Of a DNA stretch of 64,000 bases, positions 8,410 to 16,523 are shown one piece after another. The position numbers and the translations under genes are program-made. Origin of the DNA: Bacilli bacterium (GTDB taxonomy: Bacteria > Bacillota_I > Bacilli_A > RF39 > UBA660); contig JAZQIU010000022.1 in NCBI GenBank assembly GCA_045541255.1, positions 4,264 through 68,263 of the forward strand, given 5' to 3'. A model generated the notes under the pieces. That model saw nothing but the letters and a program-made list of their open reading frames with translations, made no database searches and was not told where the DNA came from. How positions within the stretch are numbered: position 1 is the stretch's first letter; each line of letters opens with the position of its first letter.

Positions 8410-9461
8410 TATATTTCTATCTCCTCCATTTCTATCTCTTCATTTGTTTTCTCATTAATAATTTCTACTTCATACAAAACATTTTTCCCATAAGTTATTG
8501 ATGAAATTTTTTCAAAATCAAAACTGTGATTTCGCCAATTACCACTTGATTCTTTATATTTTTCTAAAAAATCTTTAACAATATCATAAGACTTTGCATA
8601 CATATCAGAATTTTTTTCGCATCGTTCTAAATCATTTACCAATGTATTTTTAGGATATTTAAAAGTTAAAGTATTTCCATAATAATTAATAGTTATATTT
8701 AAATTAACCGCTTCTATATCTTTGATACTAGACAATATTTTTCTATTCAAATACAAACCATCATATTTATTATCTTTGTTTTCCAAGATTTCTTTTAAAT
8801 AGTCATTTTGATAATCATTTTTTAGAATTGCCATACCTATTTCTTTTCTTATTTTTTCATCATTCTGCATCCATTTTGTTATCTTTAAAATTACATCAAC
8901 AGAATCATTTAAATAGTCATTATATATTAATTTATCACGAGTTTTAAATTCATCTTCATATTTATTTCTTGCACTAAAAGATGGTAAATCAACATAATTT
9001 TCTATCTCACTTGCAACAAATCTTCTATTTACATTATCCTTGTAACCATCGAAATAATATTCACTTTGATTATCAAATTCATCCTTCGATTCTTTTCGTA
9101 AAACATCTTTATTTTCAATACAGTAATCATTCATAATTTTTTCAATATCATTTTCCATTTTGTTTGATAATTCTCCAAAAAAAGATATTTTTACGATTTT
9201 AGATTCTCTTAATATTCTATCTACATCATACTTACAATTATATAAAACTTTATCTATACAATCATAATATCCCTCAAAATTATATTCTCTATCATCCATT
9301 CTATTAGGATCATATCTTTTAGAATATAACAAATAAAATCTATCATTATATTGTTCTTTATAAAAGTATTTACTTTCATAACTATACTGCTCATTTATAT
9401 ATAAATAGTGATTTATATATTCATTAATTAGAAAATCATCTAATGCCATTTTATTAAACAT
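8409..9461 (-). CDS. hypothetical protein
   Basis: ORF track gives 8409-9494. The preferred start is MFNKMALDD (9461), 6 nt after AAAGGTGG, giving an 8-nt ATGTTTAA overlap with the upstream stop. Confidence 0.55.
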   Translation of the reverse strand: MFNKMALDDFLINEYINHYLYINEQYSYESKYFYKEQYNDRFYLLYSKRYDPNRMDDREYNFEGYYDCIDKVLYNCKYDVDRILRESKIVKISFFGELSNKMENDIEKIMNDYCIENKDVLRKESKDEFDNQSEYYFDGYKDNVNRRFVASEIENYVDLPSFSARNKYEDEFKTRDKLIYNDYLNDSVDVILKITKWMQNDEKIRKEIGMAILKNDYQNDYLKEILENKDNKYDGLYLNRKILSSIKDIEAVNLNITINYYGNTLTFKYPKNTLVNDLERCEKNSDMYAKSYDIVKDFLEKYKESSGNWRNHSFDFEKISSITYGKNVLYEVEIINEKTNEEIEMEEIEI

Positions 9462-9813
9462 ATTGCCACCTTTCTTTAAAATAAAAGTAGTCATCTTTTC
9501 CGCTTATTGAATCAATATATTCAATAATTTTTCTTGATGATTTTTTATTATTTTCATATTTTATAAGTTTCAGCAAAGGAATAGTATTAGAACCATATAA
9601 ATATATATAAGGTTGTTCAAATTCTATTTCTTCCTGAATTAAATTCATAATCTCTTGAGTTAATTTCTCGTCATTAAAATATTCATATACACTTTCCAAT
9701 ACTCCACCAAACAAATAATACCCTTTTGAATTATAAAGAGTATATTCTGCTTGATAACCAAAATTTGTGATATGCAAAATTTTATTATCTTCACTAATTA
9801 CTATAATATTCAT
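9454..9813 (-). CDS. hypothetical protein, paralogue of 7586-7942
   Basis: N-terminal similarity to 7586-7942. TAATG coupling to the DUF4314-like gene. Confidence 0.6.
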   Translation of the reverse strand: MNIIVISEDNKILHITNFGYQAEYTLYNSKGYYLFGGVLESVYEYFNDEKLTQEIMNLIQEEIEFEQPYIYLYGSNTIPLLKLIKYENNKKSSRKIIEYIDSISGKDDYFYFKERWQYV

Positions 9814-10073
9814 TATATTTCTACCTCATCATGTACTTTAATATCTTTATCAATATTTTCTACAATTTCAAATTCATCTATTTCAGGAACTAATGCTAAA
9901 GTTCGTCCATTTTCCCAAATCATGTGTAATTGCCCTTCACTATCTATATAATCTATCGTTCCAATTGTTCCTGCTAGAATAGGATATTTATCATCCATAT
10001 CTTTAAGCATTTTCACTTTTGTTCCTATTGGATATTTTTCCTTAATTTTATTTAACTTATCTTCTGAAAGCAT
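9813..10073 (-). CDS. DUF4314-like small protein (common in Firmicutes conjugative elements)
   Basis: ...GTKVKMLKDMDDKYPILAGTIGTIDYIDSEGQLHMIWENGRTLALV matches, from memory, the DUF4314 pattern (G-T-x-V-x-hydrophobic-x-M-x-D-x-x-x-P-hydrophobic...G-x-hydrophobic-x-V-x-W-D/E-N-G-x-x-L). Confidence 0.55.
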   Translation of the reverse strand: MLSEDKLNKIKEKYPIGTKVKMLKDMDDKYPILAGTIGTIDYIDSEGQLHMIWENGRTLALVPEIDEFEIVENIDKDIKVHDEVEI

Positions 10074-10446
10074 ACTTATTATCTCCTTTTCTTAATATAC
10101 ACACACCATAAGGAAAACAATAATATTTACAAGTTTGGCAATTATTTCTATCTCTTCTAATAATAGGATTTATTTTAAAATCTCCATCTAAATTATGATT
10201 AGGCTGAATTAGATAATTATTAGATAAATAACCTGTTACTTTCAATAGTTTAATAAAATCAATTTCCAAAACTTCACATAAATTTATTAAAGTAATTAAA
10301 TTGAAATTCTTTCTTTCACCATTTTCAATTCTTGATAATTCTGTATCACTAATACCAACAATTCTTGATAAACCTCTAATAGAATAGTTTCTTTCTATTC
10401 TTTTACTTCTAAGTAAATCACTTAATAATAAATAGTTATATCTCAT
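10057..10446 (-). CDS. XRE-family HTH regulator with C-terminal CX2CX3CX5C cysteine cluster
   Basis: ERNYSIRGLSRIVGISDTELSRIENGERKNFNLITLINLCEVLEID is a Cro/C1-type HTH. The C-terminus reads CQTCKYYCFPYGVC. The preferred start is MRYNYLL (10446), 7 nt after AAGGAG; the track start at 10470 is a TTG inside the terminator T-run. Confidence 0.75.
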   Translation of the reverse strand: MRYNYLLLSDLLRSKRIERNYSIRGLSRIVGISDTELSRIENGERKNFNLITLINLCEVLEIDFIKLLKVTGYLSNNYLIQPNHNLDGDFKINPIIRRDRNNCQTCKYYCFPYGVCILRKGDNKYAFRR

Positions 10447-10470
10447 TTTTATTCTCCTTTTCTTTTTCAA

Positions 10471-10497
10471 AATAAAAAAGAATCAATTAAGATTCTT
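10471..10497 (-). terminator. rho-independent terminator/attenuator inside the element's gene array
   Basis: The minus strand reads AAGAATC-TTAATT-GATTCTT followed by TTTTTTATTTT. It lies 15 nt after the stop of 10512-11363 and immediately before the XRE gene's RBS. Confidence 0.55.
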
Positions 10498-10511
10498 CAA
10501 CATCAAATAAT

Positions 10512-11363
10512 TTACATTTCTATTTCTAAATCTTTTTCTAAAGATTTAGATAATTCAATATCAACAACACTTTTCAGTTTATTTAAACTATCATATAAAA
10601 CAGTTCCATTATATTTTCCCCAACTTTTAGAAACCTTTTCACCAAAATCATAACCATACAATTTATTATTTATAAATCCCTGTGTAGCTAATGGGACATC
10701 AATATTATATTCTTTAAATAAATATAAAAAATTATTTTGAATAGTCTTTTTATAATAATCATCATCTTTATAGTATTCATAAGCTTCTGATAAAACAAGT
10801 TTTCCTTCATGTATTGCAGTTTTCATAGACCATATTTTATCAAAAAATTCTTTGTTTTTAGTTTTAACTGTATTTTTTCTAGTTTCTTCTCTTTCTTTTT
10901 GTTCACTTTCTTCTTTCTGTCTTTTTAACTCTAAAAATTTTTCTCTAGACTTAATTGCATTTAAATAAAATTCTGGATAATTTTTACTTAAATATTCTAA
11001 TTCAACAATATTAAAATATTTATTTTCTGATATTCTTCTTTTTATATTATCAATAAAATTATCATAATAATTTTTTATTTTCTCTAAAGTAAAATCACAA
11101 TATGCAATATCTCTATCCTTGTTAAAATCTTCGTGTTCATCATTAATAGTTCTCTCGTAAATTCTATAATTAATAAAGAAATTATAGAGTATCCAATATT
11201 CTCCATTTTGATCTTTTGTTAATATATATGGAGCATCACTTTTATCTTCATTTAAAACATAAAATTCATAATCTTTATACCTAAATGATAATACATCTTT
11301 TTTTCTAGCAACATGAGTTTGTTTAGAACTAATATAATGAACTGTTTCTCTTTTCACATCCAT
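10512..11363 (-). CDS. hypothetical protein
   Basis: 283-aa ORF with a strong RBS (AAAGGAGGAAG) upstream. It ends DLEIEM with no downstream gene coupled to it. Confidence 0.55.
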   Translation of the reverse strand: MDVKRETVHYISSKQTHVARKKDVLSFRYKDYEFYVLNEDKSDAPYILTKDQNGEYWILYNFFINYRIYERTINDEHEDFNKDRDIAYCDFTLEKIKNYYDNFIDNIKRRISENKYFNIVELEYLSKNYPEFYLNAIKSREKFLELKRQKEESEQKEREETRKNTVKTKNKEFFDKIWSMKTAIHEGKLVLSEAYEYYKDDDYYKKTIQNNFLYLFKEYNIDVPLATQGFINNKLYGYDFGEKVSKSWGKYNGTVLYDSLNKLKSVVDIELSKSLEKDLEIEM

Positions 11364-11385
11364 TATTTATTATCTTCCTCCTTTG

Positions 11386-11745
11386 TTATTTTTCTATTTC
11401 CAATTCCATAGTTTTATTATTTTCTATATAACCTGTATCAACCAATATATCTTCTAAAGAACAAATTTCAAAATAATTATTTTTTGAATATTCACTTATA
11501 CTAGAAAATGTAAATCCCTTACCTAACTGATATTCAAAACATACATCTTCTGGATTACAATATTTTAGTCCTGCATTGTAACAAAATCCTTTTTCAAACC
11601 CATATTTATCAAATAATTTTTCCATATAATCTACTTTAGATAATCCTAAATTTTTCATTAGTTGAATAAAATTCTTAAATTCATTTTCATTTTTTAAATT
11701 TATAACAACTGAATTTAATAAAAATAATTCATATTTGTTTTCCAT
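11386..11745 (-). CDS. hypothetical protein
   Basis: 119-aa ORF with TAATG coupling to the upstream gene. Ends ELEIEK. Confidence 0.5.
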   Translation of the reverse strand: MENKYELFLLNSVVINLKNENEFKNFIQLMKNLGLSKVDYMEKLFDKYGFEKGFCYNAGLKYCNPEDVCFEYQLGKGFTFSSISEYSKNNYFEICSLEDILVDTGYIENNKTMELEIEK

Positions 11746-12074
11746 TATCTTTCTATTTCCTCCAATTCAATTGTTTCTAACTCCTCTTCTGTATATTCTT
11801 TGATTTTGTTATAACAAATCAAATTATTAACACACTCTATTATTTTCAATTCTGCCTCGCCAGAAACAATATTAATCACTTCATCTAATGTCAAATCTTT
11901 TCTTAATTCATTCTTATTAAAAGTTACTTCACATTCTTTTATATTTTCTTGAGTGGTTATATCACTTATATAATCTAAAATAATTTCTTGAAAATAAGGT
12001 TTTACTATATTTTCTCTAAAATTCGTAACACTTATATCACTTCTTTGTTTTAACAATTCAGATAATTTAATCAT
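11745..12074 (-). CDS. hypothetical protein
   Basis: 109-aa ORF with RBS AGGAAATCAAAGTG...ATG upstream. Ends ELEEIER. Confidence 0.5.
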   Translation of the reverse strand: MIKLSELLKQRSDISVTNFRENIVKPYFQEIILDYISDITTQENIKECEVTFNKNELRKDLTLDEVINIVSGEAELKIIECVNNLICYNKIKEYTEEELETIELEEIER

Positions 12075-12093
12075 TTTTCACTTTGATTTCCTT

Positions 12094-12801
12094 TCATTCA
12101 TATAAAAGTTTCATACCTAAATAAATACCATTTTCATTGGTTATAGGTTCGCATCTTCCAGATCCACCATAAGATTTTAATTCTTTAGCACAAGCATCTA
12201 CTACATTATTAATCGTATATCCATCTTCAAAAAGAAAATATTTTGGTGATGGTTTTTGAGAAGGAATAGTTATATTTTGTTGTGGTTTAGTTTCCTCTTT
12301 TTCGATTTTTGAAGAAGTGTTATTTTCAATTTTTGGAGGTGTTTGTGTTTCTTCTTTTACTTCTGGCTCTACTTCTTTAAGAGGTTCTTCTATTATTACT
12401 TTTAGAAAAGCCTGACTGACATTATTAGAACTATCAAAAACATAATATAAAATTTTATATTCACCTACTTTTGAATTATCTATTCTTGAATATTGAACTT
12501 TATCCTTTAAATCTCCATCCTCTTTATCAATAACGCTTTTAATAAATGAATTATAATCAAGCTCGCTATTAACCTCAATTTTAATTTCAGTATCCGTTAA
12601 TTCTAAAATAGGTGCTTCATCGTCTTTTTGTTCTATTACTTCATTTTGAATAGGTTTATCTTTAGGATGTTTCTCTTGTGAAGACAAATAATACAAAATT
12701 CCAAAAATTAAAAAACAAACAAAAAGAAGAGATATAATTATTATTAAATTTCTCTTCTTTCTATATTTCTTATACTTTAATAATAACTCTTCATCAGTCA
12801 A
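12094..12801 (-). CDS. membrane-anchored protein with Ig-like (DUF5011-type) domain
   Basis: N-terminal TM segment (LIIIISLLFVCFLIFGILYYL). This is followed by APILELTDTEIKIEVNSELDYNSFIKSVIDKEDGDLKDKVQYSRIDNSKVGEYKILYYVFDSSNNVSQAFLKVII, which resembles the bacterial Ig-like DUF5011 repeat. Paralogous to 14307-14702. Confidence 0.55.
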   Translation of the reverse strand: MTDEELLLKYKKYRKKRNLIIIISLLFVCFLIFGILYYLSSQEKHPKDKPIQNEVIEQKDDEAPILELTDTEIKIEVNSELDYNSFIKSVIDKEDGDLKDKVQYSRIDNSKVGEYKILYYVFDSSNNVSQAFLKVIIEEPLKEVEPEVKEETQTPPKIENNTSSKIEKEETKPQQNITIPSQKPSPKYFLFEDGYTINNVVDACAKELKSYGGSGRCEPITNENGIYLGMKLLYE

Positions 12802-12818
12802 GATATATCTCTCCTTTC

Positions 12819-14303
12819 TTAAAACATATCTTCTGTTATATCTTTATCTAAAGATAAACTTTTTTGATTATATATTTCTTTTGTTTTTTCAATCCATTTC
12901 TTTATGAAATTCATATCTTTCGGATCTGTTATATCCCTGTTTGAAGAATAATATGCCTGTCTATAATCAGAAAAATCATTATTAAGTTCTATGGTTATAT
13001 AACTTCTTTCTGGATTATCGTTTTTTCTAATAAAGAAAATATTGCTAGTTCCTTTTGCAAATCTTTCAATATATCCTCCTACACAATTGTTATTATTACG
13101 CCCTTCTTGAAGCAAATCTTCCATATCTTTAGGAACAATAGCTTGTAAATATTCATCCTTATATTCATATTTTTCAAGTTCTTTACTTCTTTCTTTAAAT
13201 GGTTTCCCTAAACTAGCCTTATATTCTTCTTTTTTAGCTTGTAATAATATTTGATAATTTCTCATCGTTACATCGTGTTCTCTTTTTAATGAATTACTGT
13301 TAGTTACAGGTTCGATTCCACAATCTAACGCCATTCTTATATAATCTCTTAAAATAGTAATTGCATCATTAGAACGAATTGCTTGGTACATATCAACACG
13401 AGATAAATAATTAAGTAATGTATCCAATGTATAAAGTTTTTTTCCATTATATTCTGAATTTAAAATACTTCTTATAGATTTGATTACCTGCGTATCTCTT
13501 ATTTTCAAATTTATAATTGTTTCTAATTGTTCTTTAGATAAATTATCTTTTTGAACCCATACTCTAAATTCATTCCATTTAGTTATATCTCTTGACATAC
13601 CTTCATCTTTTAATAGTTGCCAAGCAAATTTAGGTAATTTAGTTATTTCATTAATATTATTACCATTTTTAAAACTTCTTGAATAAAGTTGAAGATTATT
13701 AGTATCATGTATCCATTTATATACAATATCATCTAATCCTGATTTTACTAATTTTTCTATTTGTGGATGTTTAAGATAAACAATTGCGTACACTAATTCT
13801 TCAATATCATTAGGATAAAAATTAAAACCACAATATCCATAAAAATTTCTAAATGCTTCATTATTCTGTCTAAATTTAATTTTATCTTTATATTCATCAA
13901 TAGAACAATAAGGATTCTTTTCTCTAAATAATTCTAATACTTCAGGAAAGACAATTGATTTATTCTCAAAACTTTCGTAATAATGATGTCTGCAATCTGC
14001 AATATCATCTATTGAATAAATATTATTTATACTATAATTCATAAGATTATCATTAACTGTTTCTCTAGGAAAACGATATTCAAGATCTTTTACTATATGA
14101 TCTGGTGTCATAAAGAAAAAACTATTTAATTCTGGTACATAAAAGTAAATATTCTTTGCTTCCCATTTATGTCTCCAACTATAATAAGTACAATAATAAT
14201 CATAAGTTTTATCTTTATAATTTACTAATAATTCATTTAATTTATTTTTTACAATTTCTTGTTCTATTAAAGTATATTCAGATAATGATTTAGGTTTTTC
14301 CAT
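12819..14303 (-). CDS. PcfJ-like protein
   Basis: The C-terminal block LQEGRNNNNCVGGYIERFAKGTSNIFFIRKNDNPERSYITIEL resembles the PcfJ-like domain of enterococcal pCF10-type elements. Ends DITEDMF. Confidence 0.55.
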   Translation of the reverse strand: MEKPKSLSEYTLIEQEIVKNKLNELLVNYKDKTYDYYCTYYSWRHKWEAKNIYFYVPELNSFFFMTPDHIVKDLEYRFPRETVNDNLMNYSINNIYSIDDIADCRHHYYESFENKSIVFPEVLELFREKNPYCSIDEYKDKIKFRQNNEAFRNFYGYCGFNFYPNDIEELVYAIVYLKHPQIEKLVKSGLDDIVYKWIHDTNNLQLYSRSFKNGNNINEITKLPKFAWQLLKDEGMSRDITKWNEFRVWVQKDNLSKEQLETIINLKIRDTQVIKSIRSILNSEYNGKKLYTLDTLLNYLSRVDMYQAIRSNDAITILRDYIRMALDCGIEPVTNSNSLKREHDVTMRNYQILLQAKKEEYKASLGKPFKERSKELEKYEYKDEYLQAIVPKDMEDLLQEGRNNNNCVGGYIERFAKGTSNIFFIRKNDNPERSYITIELNNDFSDYRQAYYSSNRDITDPKDMNFIKKWIEKTKEIYNQKSLSLDKDITEDMF

Positions 14304-14306
14304 CTA

Positions 14307-14702
14307 TTAATCCTCTGCTACATCTAATTTTTCTCTTACAATAATATTAATAATTTCAACTGTTTCATTACCTGCATTATCTTTAACTTTATACTCTAAC
14401 TTATATTCTCCAACTTCAGAAGTATCAATTATATTATGTTCTACCGATGAACTAATATCACCATCAACATCATCTTTTGCTGAAACAATAAATGCTTCAT
14501 AATTTAAAATATCGTCTTGATAAATAATTAACTTCGATTCTTTTAAAACTAATTCAGGAGGTATGGTATCAACTTTCTCATCATTAGGTTGATTGTTATT
14601 ACCCTTTTCTTCTTTAATTACTACATTTTGAATAAAACTTGTTAAAACAATTGAAAAAATCATAAAACTAAAAATTATAATTAATGCTGTTTTTTTCTTC
14701 AT
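14307..14702 (-). CDS. secreted/membrane-anchored Ig-like (DUF5011-type) protein
   Basis: Signal/TM segment TALIIIFSFMIFSIVLTSFI. This is followed by PPELVLKESKLIIYQDDILNYEAFIVSAKDDVDGDISSSVEHNIIDTSEVGEYKLEYKVKDNAGNETVEIINIIV. Confidence 0.55.
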   Translation of the reverse strand: MKKKTALIIIFSFMIFSIVLTSFIQNVVIKEEKGNNNQPNDEKVDTIPPELVLKESKLIIYQDDILNYEAFIVSAKDDVDGDISSSVEHNIIDTSEVGEYKLEYKVKDNAGNETVEIINIIVREKLDVAED

Positions 14703-14717
14703 ATTTTATCCTTTCTT

Positions 14718-16523
14718 TTATAAATATATAAAACCTACTAAATATAATCCGCTTGATTTACTTGCATCTTTATATGCTTGTAAACTAGAATAAGTTTTAG
14801 TTCTAACTAATTCGTTTGCGTGCTGATTTGCATATTCTACTTGACTACAATTTGCTTCTTTTTTACTACAAGCATTACCAACATTACCTTCACTAATTGT
14901 TATCTTTTCACCATCATAAGATTCAACATAAGCAACATGACCATAAGACCTTCCTGCTAATACTGCTATACTATTAGGCATAGGATAACTTCCTGTATCT
15001 AATCCCATAGCGACTGCACTAGATAACCAAGTATAAGCATTTCCTGCTGGTACTTTTTTATTTGTGCTTTCTAATGCTCTACCATATGAATACCAAGTGC
15101 ATTGTCCTTTAAATCCTGAAGTTGTTAGTATATTCTTTGAATTATAATTATCACTAGATAAATTTATTTCAACATCATTTTTTCCATACTTTGTAGGTAT
15201 ATCTAAAAACTTATTATCAAATTCTTCAAACACACTTTCGGAAGTATATAAATAATTAATTGTTTCTAACTGTAAAGTATCAAAATTATTATCAACATAA
15301 CCAATTATTTTTTTATCATTCATAAATTTTTTTATATAACTAAAATTGTTCTTACACCATACTAAATAATCTTCTAGTGTTGCATTAGTAATTATCATAA
15401 CTTTTTTTGTTGTTTCTGTTTGTAAATCACCTGTTCCGCTAGTTGTTGTTTGCTCTATAATTTCATGTTTTTCAAGCAAGCCTGCATCCTTAATTTTTTG
15501 GATTAATTCTTTTTCTGAATTATCAAATTTAATATCTGCTCCTAATCCCTGCATAATTGCAAATGGTACTCGCCAATTAATTTTTCCATATCCGCCTCTA
15601 ACTCCAACAACAATTCCAGTTGGATTATCTCTTAAAAATTGTTCTACTTCCTTGTCATAACTTTCTTGAATAGATTCCATATAAGTTTCATAGTTATTTC
15701 TTGTTTCTGTTCCCCAACTAAAAATAGAACAAACTGCTACTATTATTAAAATAACTAATGCAAGTGGTAATATAAATTCAGATATTGCTGACACACCTGC
15801 TATAAGCAATTTTAAGACCTTTTTTAAGAGGATTTTAAATGCTGATGCAATCTTCCTTTTAAGAGGTGCTGTTGCTTTATTAACAGCCTTTTTTATAGGT
15901 TTTTTGACAGGATTAACAATTTTTTTCTTTATTACTTTTTTAGTATTTCTAGTTGCCCTAGTTTTTAAAAAGTCTTTACCAGTTCCATCACTAGACATAG
16001 CTTTATCTAAATCTCTTGACGCCTTTGTTATAGAACTTCCAACTTTAGTTATTCCTTTTCCTGTTTTAGATACAACAGTTATTGATTTTGAAATTTTACC
16101 TTGATTATCATTAAATTTAAAAGTCTTATTTATAACTTTTGTAATACCTGTCTTTAATTTACTTTTTGAAACAACATTTTCAGTATTATCTTCACTTTTG
16201 CTATTTTCAGTTATATTTTGGTTATTAACTCCTGTCTTTAATTTAGTAGTAGGAACATCATTTGTATCTATTTTATCATCACTACTATTTTCAGAAGTTT
16301 TTAATCTAGTATTATATTCTTTACTTTCGTTTGATGATTCATTTTCATTGTTATCAATATTATTGTTTTTTTCTTCATTCTTATCTAATAAATCAGTTTT
16401 TAAATTAGATACCTTTTTAGCTGTTTTATCTAAATAATCAAATCCTTTTTCTATACTATAATTTTTTGCTAGCTTCGTTCTTTCTAGTGATTTTGTAATA
16501 TCATCCCTATTTTTGTTATCCAT
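14718..16523 (-). CDS. membrane-anchored peptidoglycan hydrolase with C-terminal CHAP domain (T4SS cell-wall hydrolase)
   Basis: CHAP Cys/His are seen by eye in GQCTWYSYGRALE and GHVAYVESYDGEKITISEGN. There is a central TM (LIAGVSAISEFILPLALVILIIVAVCSIF) and a long K/N/S-rich N-terminal region. It sits next to virB4, as in Tn916/ICEBs1-type systems. Confidence 0.75.
   Translation of the reverse strand: MDNKNRDDITKSLERTKLAKNYSIEKGFDYLDKTAKKVSNLKTDLLDKNEEKNNNIDNNENESSNESKEYNTRLKTSENSSDDKIDTNDVPTTKLKTGVNNQNITENSKSEDNTENVVSKSKLKTGITKVINKTFKFNDNQGKISKSITVVSKTGKGITKVGSSITKASRDLDKAMSSDGTGKDFLKTRATRNTKKVIKKKIVNPVKKPIKKAVNKATAPLKRKIASAFKILLKKVLKLLIAGVSAISEFILPLALVILIIVAVCSIFSWGTETRNNYETYMESIQESYDKEVEQFLRDNPTGIVVGVRGGYGKINWRVPFAIMQGLGADIKFDNSEKELIQKIKDAGLLEKHEIIEQTTTSGTGDLQTETTKKVMIITNATLEDYLVWCKNNFSYIKKFMNDKKIIGYVDNNFDTLQLETINYLYTSESVFEEFDNKFLDIPTKYGKNDVEINLSSDNYNSKNILTTSGFKGQCTWYSYGRALESTNKKVPAGNAYTWLSSAVAMGLDTGSYPMPNSIAVLAGRSYGHVAYVESYDGEKITISEGNVGNACSKKEANCSQVEYANQHANELVRTKTYSSLQAYKDASKSSGLYLVGFIYL

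Noticed and set aside
8409-9494. Longest-ORF start sites given by the track for several genes (e.g. 9494, 10470, 5626, 3759, 37508, 38288, 42580, 44150, 49391, 52033, 56030, 59079, 61657).
   Set aside because: In each case an internal ATG has a properly spaced SD and gives a short ATG...TAA-type overlap or homologue-like N-terminus. The upstream extension lies inside the previous gene or a terminator. The coordinates in the feature list use the internal starts.
13309-13319. GGTTCGATTCC, identical to a tRNA T-loop consensus, considered as a possible tRNA or att remnant.
   Set aside because: The flanking bases do not form a T-stem (ACAGG versus CCACA) or any cloverleaf. The site is in the middle of the intact PcfJ-like coding sequence.
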